Origin: the human T2T-CHM13v2.0 reference genome, Homo sapiens
Reading direction: 5' to 3' (one strand)
Assembly: GCF_009914755.1 (NCBI RefSeq)
Contig: NC_060925.1
DNA: 64,000 bases
The number at the start of each line of letters is the position of its first letter. The first letter of the stretch is position 1. The notes beneath the pieces were generated by a model that was not told the DNA's origin, made no database searches, and worked only from the letters and a program-made list of their open reading frames with translations. Positions 27,351-41,016 of the stretch are shown here, one piece after another. Made by a program: the position numbers and the translations under genes.

Positions 27351-28369
27351 TACTTAACCCACCTCATGAACGTTTAGTAGCCCACGCAAGGCAGGCCCCT
27401 GTTAACTCACAGGTCAGGAAACTGAGCCTCAGACAGTTTAAGTGACTCGACAAAATGTCACCAATGCTGAGTGATGGAGCAAGTCGGCTTGAGGCCAAGG
27501 TCCATTTTCTCCCTGCTACAAAGATGACTAAGCACGACTCAGAGTCTGGTGGAGGAGCAGAACACATAAACAGTCTTTGATGATACCCATGCTCTTTTGA
27601 ATTTGCTCTATTGTTGTTCATTTTCTTTAAGATTTCAGCCCTAGAAGTAGCAAGCTGAAAATCAGGGCTGCTTTGCAAATGCCCACAAACCACTGAGGGG
27701 AGTTTTGTCAAAGAAGGCGGGAAAGAAAAATAAATGTGGGCTTCTGCTCTTTAAACCTCAGCCCAGTGAGGCAGACTTTCCCGGAATACTTCAGGCCTCT
27801 TCAAAGGCCTATTGTGGAAAGTGTCCAGATGTGCGTGGAAAACCTCACTGGGAAGCTTCCCGGTGAAGAGGCCTTTTAAGCATGAACCGAGATGAAGGAA
27901 GCTGACGCCATGAGTCCTATCAGGTGGCCTTTTTTCTGAAGGAGCCCAGATTTTCCCCTAACCTTAAGAAGGTTGTAGGGGGTTGGGTGATTAGCCAGTT
28001 CGTATTCCTTTGATTACAGGAAGCAGTGGGGTTAGTTGTTTTTTGTTGTTGTCTTTCCTTTTTTTGCTGAAGTGAGAAGAGGAGATGGGGGTGGGGGGCA
28101 TTCTCCATATGATTTATCTACCTGTAAGTTGTTAGTGACAGTCTGGTCATTCCTCCAGCATACCTTGTGAGGGCCAGGAGGGATTTCTGGATTGGATAAA
28201 GTTGAGGCACTGAGTAAGTCCTGCTAGTTTCTATGATGATGCCTCTGAGTGTTCTAAGAGTCAGAATCCCCTGGAATCTGGCTCTGATCCCCTGCTCCGA
28301 ATCCCTGTTTAAGCTCTCTTCCCAATGCCCTGTTTATCCTAGGTTTGAGGCCCCATCTTCCTCTTGCTA

Positions 28370-28600
28370 GATACAGTTAAGCCAGAGAGACCCAGATTTA
28401 AATCCTGCTCTCTCATTAGCTGTGTCATCTTGCACAGAGTAGCATCAGCCTCACCGAGCCTCAGTTTCCTCATCTGTAAAATGGAGGTAATACCAGTCCC
28501 GTCATCATCCAGTTGCTGTGAGGATTAAATGAATTGCTGAGTTGCCGCACACAAAGCATCTGGTCCAGTTCCTGGCACAGAGTGAGGGTTCAGTTTATTT
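28370..28600 (+). mobile_element. MIR
   Basis: gagcctcagtttcctcatctgtaaaatggaggtaata core. Confidence 0.85.
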
Positions 28601-29677
28601 TCATTCCTTTTCTCTTTAATCCAGTTGTACAAAGAGGCAGAGCTGTCCCATTTGACCAGAGAATTTTACTTCTGTAGCTCTTTAAATTCTCTCCCCGCCA
28701 TGTACATATGGGCTTAGCTAAGTATTTTGAGATCACAGTGTATTTAGGGGAAAGTCCTTTTGGCTACAGCTAAAATTAGGCCTCTCTTGTGCTCCTCTGT
28801 TTACCACCCCCCTTCCTATTTTAACTAATTAGAGGCATTGACACTAAGAAACACTTAAGAAAAGTTGGAAGAACAGCTGGGAGTTGTTCTAGATACAAGC
28901 AGCTGCTCCCTGTCAGCATGCAGGCACAGAAAAGGATGATCCTGAATGGGGAAGTGCAGGGAGGGCACCTCAGAGATGAAGATGAGGAATGGCAAAGTCT
29001 GTCTATGTTGTGGCAAACTGAGCAGGGTGGAGTTCTTATCACTCTGTCCTCTACCTTCTGCTGAGAGAAAAGGGGGGTCAGAGATACCAAAGCAGATAGA
29101 GGAAAGGGGGGCAAGAAAGGGGAAGGGAAGGAAGGTATTCAGGAGCTTAGCTAGTTGGTTAGTTGATTACTTTATGCAGACCACTGTCGCCCCCACCTAG
29201 ACCACTGCAGTATCTCCTAACTGGTCTCATGCTGCCGGCTGCTTTCCTGCTGGAACCAGAGACGTCACAGGAACATGCAATTCTTGCACCCTGAAATCCC
29301 CGCGACGAGCTTCCACCATGGAATTTAGACAGAATTCCAAAACCCATCACATGGCCCCCGAGTACCTGGATGCACCTTCCCCCTGTTCCCCGTAATTGTT
29401 ACTGCTCAGTCCTGCTGGCTTCTGTTCATTCGCTCTGCTTCAAAGGACTTTCTCTCCTGGAGCCAGATTGCCTGAGTTTAATCCAGGTTTCCCTACTCGC
29501 TACTACTACTTACAGGCCTCTCCATCTCCCTTCCAGCCTTAAACACCTACTGAGCTCCCCTGGAATTCCCTGTCCACGTCCTACACACTCTCCTCATGGA
29601 GTCCCCGGGCCTGTGCACCCCCAAATAAAAGTTTCTGTGTTTCCAGATGGCCATGGTGACTGTGCATAAAGCCTAGC

Positions 29678-29747
29678 AAATGTGCATCAAGCCAGAAGAC
29701 ACGAGACCTTTCCAAAGGGCTCATGTCTTCTGGCCTGATGCACATTT
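29678..29747 (-). ncRNA. MIR4711: pre-miR-4711 hairpin (5p arm 29720-29742, 3p arm 29686-29703)
   Basis: 70-nt near-perfect palindrome. The minus strand gives UGCAUCAGGCCAGAAGACAUGAG and CGUGUCUUCUGGCUUGAU, which I recall as miR-4711-5p and -3p. The 28-bp stem is fully paired on the minus strand with two G-U pairs. Confidence 0.88.
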
Positions 29748-30589
29748 TTGTGTCCCCTGCCCCATCTCCTCCTCACTACCCTCGGGAAACTGGGTGATGT
29801 CTCTGTGGGAAGGGCTGAGCCTCAGGCTCTGTATTGATTGTCCAGTGCTGCATTTAAACTTCCTGACTGGATATTCAGAACTTATGCTGTTGTTTTGTTT
29901 TGTTTTGTTTTGTTTTTTTGTTTTGTTTTGTTTTTTAAAGCAAGCACCTTCACATCTCAGGTGTAAATGCCAGATCTTCTAACACTTACAAGGACAAATT
30001 CATTTCTTACTAAATAGTCAAGCTTAAAACCCACATGACTGGCTGATGTAAGCTTTGGCCTTGTCTGTGAGGAATTTTTGCAACATTATTTCTCTTGATT
30101 TCTTTCTTTGTTGCTGCTGTTCTCAGAACAAGGCAAGGCTGAGGTTCTCCTTCTCAGTTACTCCATGTCCCTGAATTAAGCCCTGTGAGATCTAAAAACA
30201 GGAGCTCTGTGCACACAGCCGTAAGGACAAACCCTCACTCTGCATCCCCCTAAGTGGGCCACATGCCTAAGCCCAGAAATCTAAGAGTTACTTCTAACAA
30301 CTTTCTCTCCCTAACACCCTCATCTGGTCTGTCACTGAAGCATGTTTTCTGCCTCCTGAGCATCTCTCATATCTGGGTGATAAGAGAGCCACCTTGATGT
30401 CCCCTGGCCCTTGCTGACCTCAGCAGAGCCTTTGGGTGACAGTAGCTCTGGCTTCCCAGGGCCCTTGGAAAGGAGACTGTGGGGTCCGCGTGGTATGGCC
30501 CTGCCTGCCTCTTGGTTCTGTTTCACCCACACTTCCCTTCACTCTTATCTGCTCCAACAACACAGCCTTTCTCATTCCTCAAGTATCAG

Positions 30590-30668
30590 TTTTCTTTTCT
30601 TTTTCTTTTTATTTATTTCAGTAGGGTTTTGGGGAACAGGTGTTGTATGGTTACATGAATAAGTTCTT
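30590..30668 (-). mobile_element. Very short L1PB-type 3' end inserted at an Alu tail
   Basis: ttttggggaacaggtgttgtatggttacatgaataagttcttt matches the recalled L1PB1 terminus. Confidence 0.7.
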
Positions 30669-30940
30669 TTCTGAGACAGGGTCTTGCTCTGGTGACCAGA
30701 CTGGAGTGCAGTGGCACCATAACAGCTCACTGCAGCCTTGACCTCCTGGGCTCACGTGATCCTCCCATCTCACCTCCCAGGTAGCTGGGACCGCAGGCGT
30801 GCACCGCCACACCCAGCTAATTTTTTGTGTTTTTTTGTAGAGACGGGGTTTTGCCACATTGGCCAGACTGATCTAGAACTCCTGGCTCAAGCAATCCACC
30901 CACCTTGGCCTCCCAGAGTTCTGGGATTACAGGCGTGAGT
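30669..30940 (-). mobile_element. AluJ
   Basis: Diverged Alu with J-type gcagccttgacctcctgggctca. Confidence 0.9.
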
Positions 30941-31348
30941 CAAGTGTCATTTTTCGTCCTTCCGTATGGCCCTCTCCTCTGCTAGACACATGCTTCCCCC
31001 TCCTTCAGCCATTAATACCTGTGCATCCCTTGAATCTCAGCTAAGCTATGACATACATGAAGCATACATGCATATAGACACAGACATACATACCATTCAA
31101 CCTAACATGAGGTGATTGAGGAATGCCGAGACCCTCCTCTCCCCTCTCAGTGCCCTGAAGCAGCCCCTGGGGGAGGGGATGGCCCTGGTCCCTCTGACTC
31201 TGACAGGGACTGCCCTCCCACAGAGAGAGGAAGGCCTCGGGAGCTGGTTGTGGGCTCACCTCTGTGGTACTGCTCTTCCTCCTGCTTCTGAGCAGAGAAG
31301 GCCTGGGGGCCAAGGTGCCCAGGGGCTGTGGACAAGATCCTTTTATGC

Positions 31349-31570
31349 TCTGTCCTTGCCTCTAATGTGACAGATTATTTTGTAATTACCTGGCAGAGAT
31401 AAGTTTGGTTTCTGCAAATAAACTAGCAAAGATTCCAAGGTTATTAAACACAACCTTGCCTCATCTATCTGGTCATATCCAAAAACCTTAAAAGAATTTT
31501 TGTTCTTCTGAATTTCACTCTCCAAGGCACAAAGACCAGGTGATGGTGGGGCAGGGGTAGAGAGAGGGAT
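31349..31570 (+). repeat. Local direct duplication, copy 1 (partner 35716-35948)
   Basis: First 82 bp align ungapped with 7 mismatches; the rest is more diverged. Confidence 0.9.
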
Positions 31571-32376
31571 GGGAAGACTTCTCACAGTGATTCGAGAACG
31601 TTCACACACACATACGCACACAAAAACCTTCACTCTCCCCCTCTCCAACCCCACCCCACTGACTGCACACATGTCTTGGCCCCCTTGAGAATCCCTTTTC
31701 CATAGACAAGCCCTCTGAGGTAAGAGGTTTAGGCCTCCTTCCTCCTTTAGTTAACATCTTGTCTCCACAGAACCACATCCAACCTTCCATTTTTCTCCAA
31801 CCTCTTTAGCTCATGAGGAAGATTTACAGCCTGGGAGTCAGGAGGCCCAAGTTCTAGTCCTTGCTTTGACACCAGGTGATATTGTGGTCTTCTCTGAGTA
31901 TTGTTGGTTCACTCTTATGAGAGCATTCTCAGACCTGTGGCATTTTCACCATTGAATCCACTGTGCACAGAGGCAACCAACATTTGTGACACCTGCTGTT
32001 TGCAAAACACTGAGCTAAGAATTAGTGATTACTTCTCAACCCACCATCTCTACAAGGCAGCTATGACTCCTGTTTTATCTATTTATGAAGGAAGACAGAG
32101 CTTAGCAAAATTAAGAATGCTGCTCAGACCCACAAACAGGTAAGATTAGAGGCAGGTTTCAAAACGAGGTCTCTGTCTCCAGAGTTTCTGCCATCACAGT
32201 AAGCTGAGTCTCAACTGTACTATAGAAAAATAAATCAAAATGACATTTTAAGTATCATCTCTTTTATTTATGCATTATGCAGGAGATGGAACTCCTTTCT
32301 TAGATTTTTTTCCCCCAAATATGCTGTGCTCAGGAGCTGGGAAAAGGGAAAACACACACCCTGGGACCTTACACCC

Positions 32377-34406
32377 TGATATGGTTTGGCTGTGTCCCCA
32401 CCCAAATCTCATTTTGAATTCCCCCATGTTGTGGGAGAGACCCAGTGGGAGGTAACTGAATCATGGGGGCAGGTCTTTCCCATGCTGTTCTCATGATAGC
32501 TGATAACTCTCACAAGATCTGACAGTATTATAAGGGGGAATTTCCCTGCACAAGCTCTCTCTCTTTTTTTTGCCTGCTGCCATCCATGTAAGGTGTGACT
32601 TGCTCCTCCTTGCCTTCTGCCATGATTGTGAGGCCTCCCAGCCATATGGAACTGTGAGTCCAATTAAACCTCTTTCTTTTGTAAAATGCCCAGTTTGGGA
32701 TATGTCTTTATCAGCAGCGTGAAAATAGACTAATATAGTAAATTGGCACCGGGAGTGGGGCACTGCTGAAACGATACCCAAAAATGTGGAATTGACTTTG
32801 GAACTTGGTAACAGGCAGAGGTTGGAACAGTTTGGAGGGCTCAGAAGATAGGAAAATGTGGGAAAATTTGGAACTCCCTAGAGACTTGTTGAATGGCTTT
32901 GCCCAAAATCCTGATAGTGATATGAACAATAAAGTCCAAGCTGAAGTGGTCTCAGATAGAAATGAGGAACTTGTTGGGAACTGGAGCAAAGGTGACTCTT
33001 GTTACGTTTCAGCAAAGAGACTAGCGGCATTTTGCCCAAGCCCTAGATATTTATGGAACTTTGAACTTGAGAGAGATGATTTAGGGTATCTGGCGGAAGA
33101 AATTTCTAAGCAGCAAAGCATTGAGGAGGTGACTTGGGTGCTGTTGACGGCATTCAGTTTCAAAAGGAAAACGGAGCATGAAAGTTTGCAAAATTTGCAG
33201 CCTGACAATGCAATAGAAAAGAAAACCTCGTTTTCTGAGGAGGAAGTCAAGCCAGCTGCAGAAATGTGTATAAGTAACAAGGAGCCGAACGTTAATCCCC
33301 AAGACAATGGGGAAAATGTCTCCAGGCCATGTCAGAGGTCTTCATGGCAGCTCCTCCCATCACAGGCCTGGAGGCTTAGGAGGAAAAAGTGGTTTTGTAG
33401 GCAGGGCCCAGGGTACCCCTGCTGTGTGCAGCCTCAAGACTTGGTGCCCTGAATCCCAGCTGCTCCAGCCATGGCTGAAAGGGGCCAACATAGAGCTCAG
33501 GCCATGGCTTCTAAAGGCGCAAGCCTCAAGCCTTGGCAGCTTCCACATGATGTTGAGCTGGCAAGTGCACAGAAGTCAAGAACTGGGGTTTAAGAACCTC
33601 TACCTAGATTTCAGAGGATGTATGGAAATGCCTGGATGTCCAGGCAGAAGTTTGCTGCAGGGACAGGGTCCTCTTGGAGAACCTCTGCTAGGGCAGTGTG
33701 GAAGGGAAATGTGGGGTTGGAGTCCCAGCCCAGAGTCCCTACTGGGGCACCGTCTAGTGGAGCTGTGAGAAGAGGGCACTGACCTCCAGACCCCAGAATG
33801 GTAGATCCACTGACAGCTTACACCATGTGCCTGAAAAAGCTGTAAACACTCAACACCAGCCCATGAAAGCATCTGGGAGGGAGGTTGTACCCTGCAGATC
33901 CAAAGTGGCAGAGCTGCCCAAGACCATGGGAGCCCACCTCTTGTATCAGTGTGACCTGGATGTGAGACATGGAGTCAAAGGAGATCATTTTGTAGTTTTA
34001 AGATTTGACTGCCTCACTGGATTTTGGACTAGCATGGGGCCTGTAGCCCCTTTGTTTTGGCCAATTTCTCCCATTTGGAATGGCTGTATTTACCCAATGC
34101 CTGTACCCCCATTGTATCTGGGAAGTAACTAACTTGCTTTCGATTTTGCAGGCTCATAGGCAGAAGGGACTTACCTTTGTCTCAGAGGTGACGCTGGACT
34201 GTGGACTTTTGAGTTAATGCCAAAACGAGTTAAGACTTTGAGGGACTTTTGGGAAGGCATGATTAGTTTTGAAATGTGAGGACATGTGATTTGGGAGGGG
34301 CCAGGGGCAGAATGATATGGTTTGACTGTGTTCCCACCCACATCTCACCTTGAATTCCTCCATGTCGTGGGAGGGACCCAGTGGGAAGTAATTGAATCAT
34401 GGGGGC
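32377..34406 (+). mobile_element. THE1 (THE1A/B-type) MaLR: 5' LTR 32377-32737, internal 32738-34312, 3' LTR truncated at ~34406
   Basis: TGATATGGTTTGGCTGTGTCCCCACCCAAATCTC LTR start, seen again in diverged form at 34313. MaLR-int ORF remnant of 215 aa at 32805-33452. Confidence 0.95.
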
Positions 34407-35715
34407 GAGAGCAAACTGAGGACCAGAGTGGTTATAAAACTTGTCTGAATTCATACCATTTACAAAGTAAAAGAAGAGTCTAGAGCCCAGGTCTCCTGAG
34501 TCCTCAGAATCAACCAAGTCAAATAAGCTCCCCTATTCAAAAAGAAGAACCTTCAAGAATATTAATTTTGTGCCCATCTAAAAGCCTCACTGAGCTGTGC
34601 TAAAGGTAATAGGCATTGAAGAAAACGTTCTCACAGAAACTCCCAGCTGCAAACACAAAGAAGCAGCTCTCCAGGGAACAGGGTAAGGATTGTCTGAAGA
34701 GATCTATGCTGGTGAGATTACAAAAATCATAATATATGAATAAATGAACATATGGAAGGAATCAGCAAAGCCCTCTCATTCTTCCCGTATGTAAACTCGG
34801 CCTTTGCCTAAAGTCATTAAGTAAACACAGATGCAGCCAAACCAGGCACCAGATGGCAAACAAGAATTGGAATAAAAGGTAAAGAAAGCTTTTGGTGTTT
34901 ACTCAAAGATGGGGAAAAAAACCATGATCCAAAATGCTGTGGTTTCCCCAGAATGGCCACCTGGAGTCACCAGGGCCCAAAAGTGACCAAATAAAACAAA
35001 ACAAAACTAGAATAATCATGATTGGGAAGTTGTAGGAAAACCGCTGCTATCTTCTGTGAATGGAATCCCATGTCAGAAGAAACTGGTTATTCTGGGAAAT
35101 GAAATAAATGGTTAAATCAAAGTACTAGGACCAGAGAGCAACAGGAATGTGGCAAGAATCCACTTTTGCTGGGCACTCACATCTGTCCAGAGCTTTGTAT
35201 TCTTGGCCTTATATAATCCTCACAATTACCCATTAGGTATTGGCCAAATTTTATAAATGAGGAAATTCCATAAATGGGTTGAGAGAGATTAGGCCCCAAG
35301 GTCACACCACAGGAATGCCATCCTAGCTGTGGCCAGTGCTTCTTTGTCCATTCCCAGCTTCGTAGCTCTGATTTCAGTACCAGATACAGGGGAATCCAGG
35401 CACATTCTCTCTGCCTTTCCTGCCCAAACCACTGGACCTAAGTAAGAAGGTCACCTGGTCAGGTACTGCCTTGAAGGGAGACCAGAACAGACATGGAGTG
35501 GGGAACAGAGCATTCCTGAAAACTTAACTTCACCTTTATTTCACAAAAGACACCCTTGCACATGCCTCATCCACCTCTTAGCTTGTACATTTGCCATGAG
35601 CACCAGTAATGAAGGCAGTCCTTGTGAATATTTGCTTTTCAGTATGCATGAGTTTATATATTGGGGGTAGAAAATTCCAATAATGTTTCAGCTTCAACTA
35701 AAAGCTGTATCTTGT

Positions 35716-35948
35716 TCTGTCCTTGCCTCTAACCTGACAGATTATTTTTTAATTGCTTGGTAGAGATAAGTTTGGCTTCTGCAAATAAACTAGCAAACAT
35801 TTCCTGCCCAGGCTACCAAACACAGCCTCACCTCACCTATCTGGCCATATGTAAAAACGTTCATTCAAATAAGTTTTGTTCTTTTGAGTTTTACTCTCCC
35901 AAGCGCAGAAACTGGGTAGTGAGGGGTGCAGGGGTATGGGGAGAATGG
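35716..35948 (+). repeat. Local direct duplication, copy 2 (partner 31349-31570)
   Basis: Offset of 4367 bp from copy 1. Confidence 0.9.
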
Positions 35949-36249
35949 TTTCAACCAAACCATTCATTGCTTGCAGGTGGGAAGGTAAGGTGGAAAATGC
36001 TTTCCAGCTAAACAGACCTGTCTGATAACCCTACCACTAACTAAACTTGCTCTCTTGGGCAGGCCACATTATGCTTTGAGTTTTAGTTTCTTTCTCTCTA
36101 AAATGTACGTGGAAGGGCTGTTTTCAGAATTTTTTTTTCACTTTCCTCTTACCCATCTTCTCTTTTTCTACATGGTCAATCTCCACGTGGCTGTTTTATT
36201 TTTTCCCCATTGTTCTTTAGCAAAGCTTAATCCAGGATGAATTCAGCTT

Positions 36250-36697
36250 TGTGGACACTATAAATCAAAGCCATACAACCATAAGGCAGGCTTCTACCAC
36301 TCTATACTAATTGTTACCAGTCTCTTAGCCCTGGTTTCTGGTTGGGTTTGGCCAATGGGCAGCCCCAGCAGGAACCTGGAGAATAATGAAGTTGTTTATT
36401 CCCCCAGCGCTCTCCTTGCTGGGTTGACGCAGGTTAGCTACATCCATCTACCATCCTTCTACAATGGACCACAGTTCCTGTGTGTGGCCCTTTCCCTACA
36501 ATTTTGTGCATGATGGGAACCTCTCCTCCCTCCCTGTCCTCCTTCAGGCTAAGAGGTTGTAATGGCTCCTTACTGTTGGTAATCATTAGGTACTTGTTTC
36601 TTTACCTAAACCTTTTTAAACAACTCTTCTTGAAGCTTACTTCAGTTACCCAATGTGAGTGTCAATCTCTTTCCTAATAGGAACCTGAATAAATATA
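36250..36697 (+). mobile_element. ERVL LTR (LTR33-like)
   Basis: ggttgggtttggccaatggg...tttattccccc motif and a 3' end resembling LTR33. Confidence 0.55.
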
Positions 36698-36878
36698 TCA
36701 CTTCAGCTCAATTTCCCATTTTCTACAATGACTATTATCAAACTTTGCCAATTCCCATCCCTGTCTTTCCTCTCATGTTCAGAGAGATGACCTCCTGTTT
36801 ATTCTTAGCCACCAACTACCTCTAAGAGAAAAGCCATTAGAAAGACAACTGCCATTAAATCTCCCAGCTTTCTTAGAT

Positions 36879-37078
36879 CCGGTAGTGAGCTGGGGCTAGC
36901 TCAGCCCTGCTCGCAAGAGCATATTGTGCACATCTCTTCCCAGCTTCACATCCATTCCATCACATTCAGAGCTTGAAACTGGCCAAGATGGAAGTATTTA
37001 CAACACAGAAATTGGCAATTGATAAAATTAGGGCTTTCTATTGATTATTTATCAGTATTATTTATCAACACACCACTG
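36879..37078. mobile_element. MER63 (hAT-Blackjack)
   Basis: catctcttcccagc...gcttgaaactggcc...gtatttacaacacagaaattggcaa; ends acacaccactg. Confidence 0.75.
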
Positions 37079-37264
37079 CTTATATCCAGATACAGTCTTT
37101 TTCTCCTTCACATTTGTTACGATGAAAGAGATGGCCCACTTATTATCAGAGACTCTTTCATCTCCTACTGCCTCTAACAGCCCACTTAATTCATTATCCA
37201 TTCACTCTATGTTTAGCTTCTTCAATACTATCTCCTTCTCATCAACATTTAAACATGCTCTAGA

Positions 37265-37566
37265 CCTGTGCTATCCAACAGTAGCCATTAGTTAAACGTA
37301 TTTATTGAACCCGCGAGATGTGGCTAGTCCAAATTGCAATATGTAAGATACACACCAGATTTCAAACATTTTGCATGAATAAAAGAATGTAAAATATCTC
37401 ATAAATAATTTTTGTATTGATTACTTGAAATGATATTTGGGGTATAATAGGTTAAATAAAAACATATTAAAATTAAATTCACCAGTTCACTTACACTTTT
37501 TTAAGTGGGTACTAGAAAATTTAAAATTACTTGTGTAAATCATATTATTTCTGTTGGACAGTGCTG
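37265..37566. mobile_element. MER33/MER3-type hAT-Charlie element
   Basis: ctgtgctatccaa ... ttggacagtgctg termini; gtggctagtccaaattg. Confidence 0.8.
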
Positions 37567-37645
37567 CTGTAAACCTTTCATCTTAAAAATAAAATCCCTG
37601 GCTGGGCACAGTGGCTCACACCTGTAATCCCAGCACTTTGGGAGG

Positions 37646-38020
37646 TTTGGATCTGTGTCCCTGGCTAAATCTCATGTTGAATTGTAATCCCCAGTGAGGA
37701 GGGCCCTGGTGGGAGGTGATTGGATTTTGGGGGTGGAGCTCATGAATGGTTTAGCACCATCCCCCCATTGGTACCACATAGTGAGTTCTCAGGAGATCTG
37801 GTTGTTTAAAGGTGTGTAGTACCTCCCTCCACTTCCTCCCGCTCCAGCCATGTAAGACGTGCTTGCCTTCTGTCATGATTGTAAGTTTCCTGAGGTCTTC
37901 TCAGAAGCAGAGGCCACTATGCTTCCTGTATAGCCTGCAGAACCATGGGCCAATTAAACCTCTTTTCTTCATAAATTACCCAGTCTCAGGTATTTCTTTA
38001 TAGCAGTGCGAGAACAAGCT
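37646..38020 (+). mobile_element. MSTA/B-type MaLR solo LTR with clipped termini
   Basis: tttggatctgtgtccc...aaatctcatgttgaattgtaatcccc...ataaattacccagtctcaggtatttctttatagcagtg. Confidence 0.85.
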
Positions 38021-38117
38021 AAAGCAGGAAGATTGCTTGAGGCCAGAAATTCAAGACCAACCTGGGTAACATAGTGAGACGCTTTCTCTAATAATAATTT
38101 TTTAAAAATTGCCAGGC

Positions 38118-38581
<464 letters not shown>

Positions 38582-38599
38582 CTATCAGCTCCCCTAGCT

Positions 38600-39900
38600 G
38601 TTGCCTCTCATGGTCAAGGATGCTTTAAAAGGTATCTATCCTCACTACCATGATTTTTCTCACCACCACCCCTGCCTCCTTAACTAAGGCAGATCTTCCT
38701 TCCGCTACAGAAATTCCACCAAAATCATGCTGCCTCAGTCATTAGTGCTGACCCAAGGCATTGCTGAGCCCAAAGGGCTTTTCAACCCCTACTCAGCTTT
38801 AGCCTTGGCAACATTTTGCAAAGTGGAGCACTCCCTTCATTGAAACACGCTTCCACTGACAACATATTTTCTTGATTTCCCTCCCGCTGTTCTGAATGTT
38901 TCTGCACAAATTCCTTTTCTAGTTTTCCTTTCTCCTCTCCCCAATATTATATGGTAGTCTTATACAGGAATCTGTCCATCTCATCTACTTCTAAGGATTC
39001 ATTTACTATTTATATGCCAGCAGGGTTACACCTATCTATATAACATCTTCACTTAAAGGGCTTACAGCCATCTCAATCTAAGCATATTAAAATCTGAACC
39101 CACCATCTCCACCTCTGCCTGAAAAATTGGCACTGTTCCCATACGTGGCACTATCAATAAATGGCACCACGTGTCCTTACTCACTCCTGGCAGAACCTCA
39201 AGGACATTCTGAGCCCACTCTGTCTTTCTGCTCCACATCAGTCTCTCATGGTGTCTTTCTAAATTACATTTCATGTCTCTTGAATTCTTCCACTTTGCTT
39301 TAATTCTACCATCACCATCCTTTTGTCTCACCTGGACTGCTCCAAAGAACTTTTGAATGGTTTCCTTGCCTCCACTTTTACCATTCTTTAGTTTATTCTC
39401 TACAAAACTACCAGAGTGATCTTTAACAAACATGAATAAGATCACTCTTGCTTAAAACTCTCCAGTGGCTTCTCCTTGACTTTGGCATAACTCAAAACCT
39501 TTTAACATGATTTACAGGACCATCCAAAATCTGACCCCTGCCTTCATCTATAGCTTCATCTCCTATATGCTTTCCCTTCATTTTATCCAGTCATCTTGGA
39601 CTTCTTTAGGTCCTTTAAATGTATCATGTTGTCTTTACTTAAGGCCTTCAGATATGCATTTCCTTCAGTCTGGAACCTTCCTCATCAACTTTCTTTACCC
39701 AGCCAACTCCTTGTCAACCTTCAGCTAGTTCCATAAGTTTCCATAGTAGTTTTGTCTTCCTCTTCCTGTCTCCCATGATCACCGATGTTTCTCCAGCAGG
39801 CTTTAAACTTCATGAGGTCAGGGATCAGAGCTGTCTGGTTGCCTCCTCTATCCATATTGTGTAGCACAATGCCTTGCACACAATAAGTACTCAATAAGTA
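38600..39900. mobile_element. L2 LINE fragments
   Basis: ccagagtgatctttaacaaacatgaataagatcactcttgcttaaaactctccagtggcttc; L2 3' end near 39800-39900. Confidence 0.7.
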
Positions 39901-40644
39901 TTTGGTTGCACAATAAAAATGACATTATCTGGCTCAAACTTCCCATTCTGAGAAAGAGGAAACTGGGATCCAAAGAAAGGAAGCAACTTATTCAAAACAA
40001 CAGAGCCCAGGCTAAGATTAATACAGGGCTGGAGCCTCCTAATTTCCAGATCTTTTTTTTTTTTTTCCAGCACATCATGTGCCTATCTATAATATGGTAA
40101 CCAGAAGGAAGCAGACTGGATTCCCTGTGTCTTGTAAAAGCCGGAGCAAGTTCTTATTTGTAAACACAGCTGACATAGTTGTTTTCTTTGTTTGTTTTAA
40201 GTAAAAGGACTGGAAGTACAACCCAAAAATAAACTTTGTGTTTCCAAACCAAGAAGCTTCTACAACTTTTATCCCCTGCAGCCTCCTTTCTGTCCATTGT
40301 TCATCTTCCTTCCCTTCATTAACCACAGGCATCAGCTGATATTCAATGTTGAATGGTCCCTGCATTCTGTGTTCTTTATCACTCCCCTGCCCAGGCAGCA
40401 TGTCACATGCAGCAGCAGATTAGGAAGTGCTGTCTTTAAATAGTATCACTCAAGAGAACATTACAAGATCCTGTGTAGCGCTGGGGTGGAGATTGATGTA
40501 ATAATTTTTAGAATAAAAATAACTCACATTTTTGAAACTATTAGTTTGTGACTGGCACTAATTTCAGTGGTTTGTATGCATTTTCTTTTTTAACTTTATG
40601 AGTAATTATTTCTATTACTTCTATTTTACAGATGAGTAAACTGA

Positions 40645-41016
<372 letters not shown>

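Noticed and set aside
32805-33452. 215-aa ORF (and neighbouring 153-aa and 130-aa THE1 ORFs)
   Set aside because: Remnant of the THE1/MaLR internal ORF, with a non-ATG start and an early stop. No evidence of a host gene.
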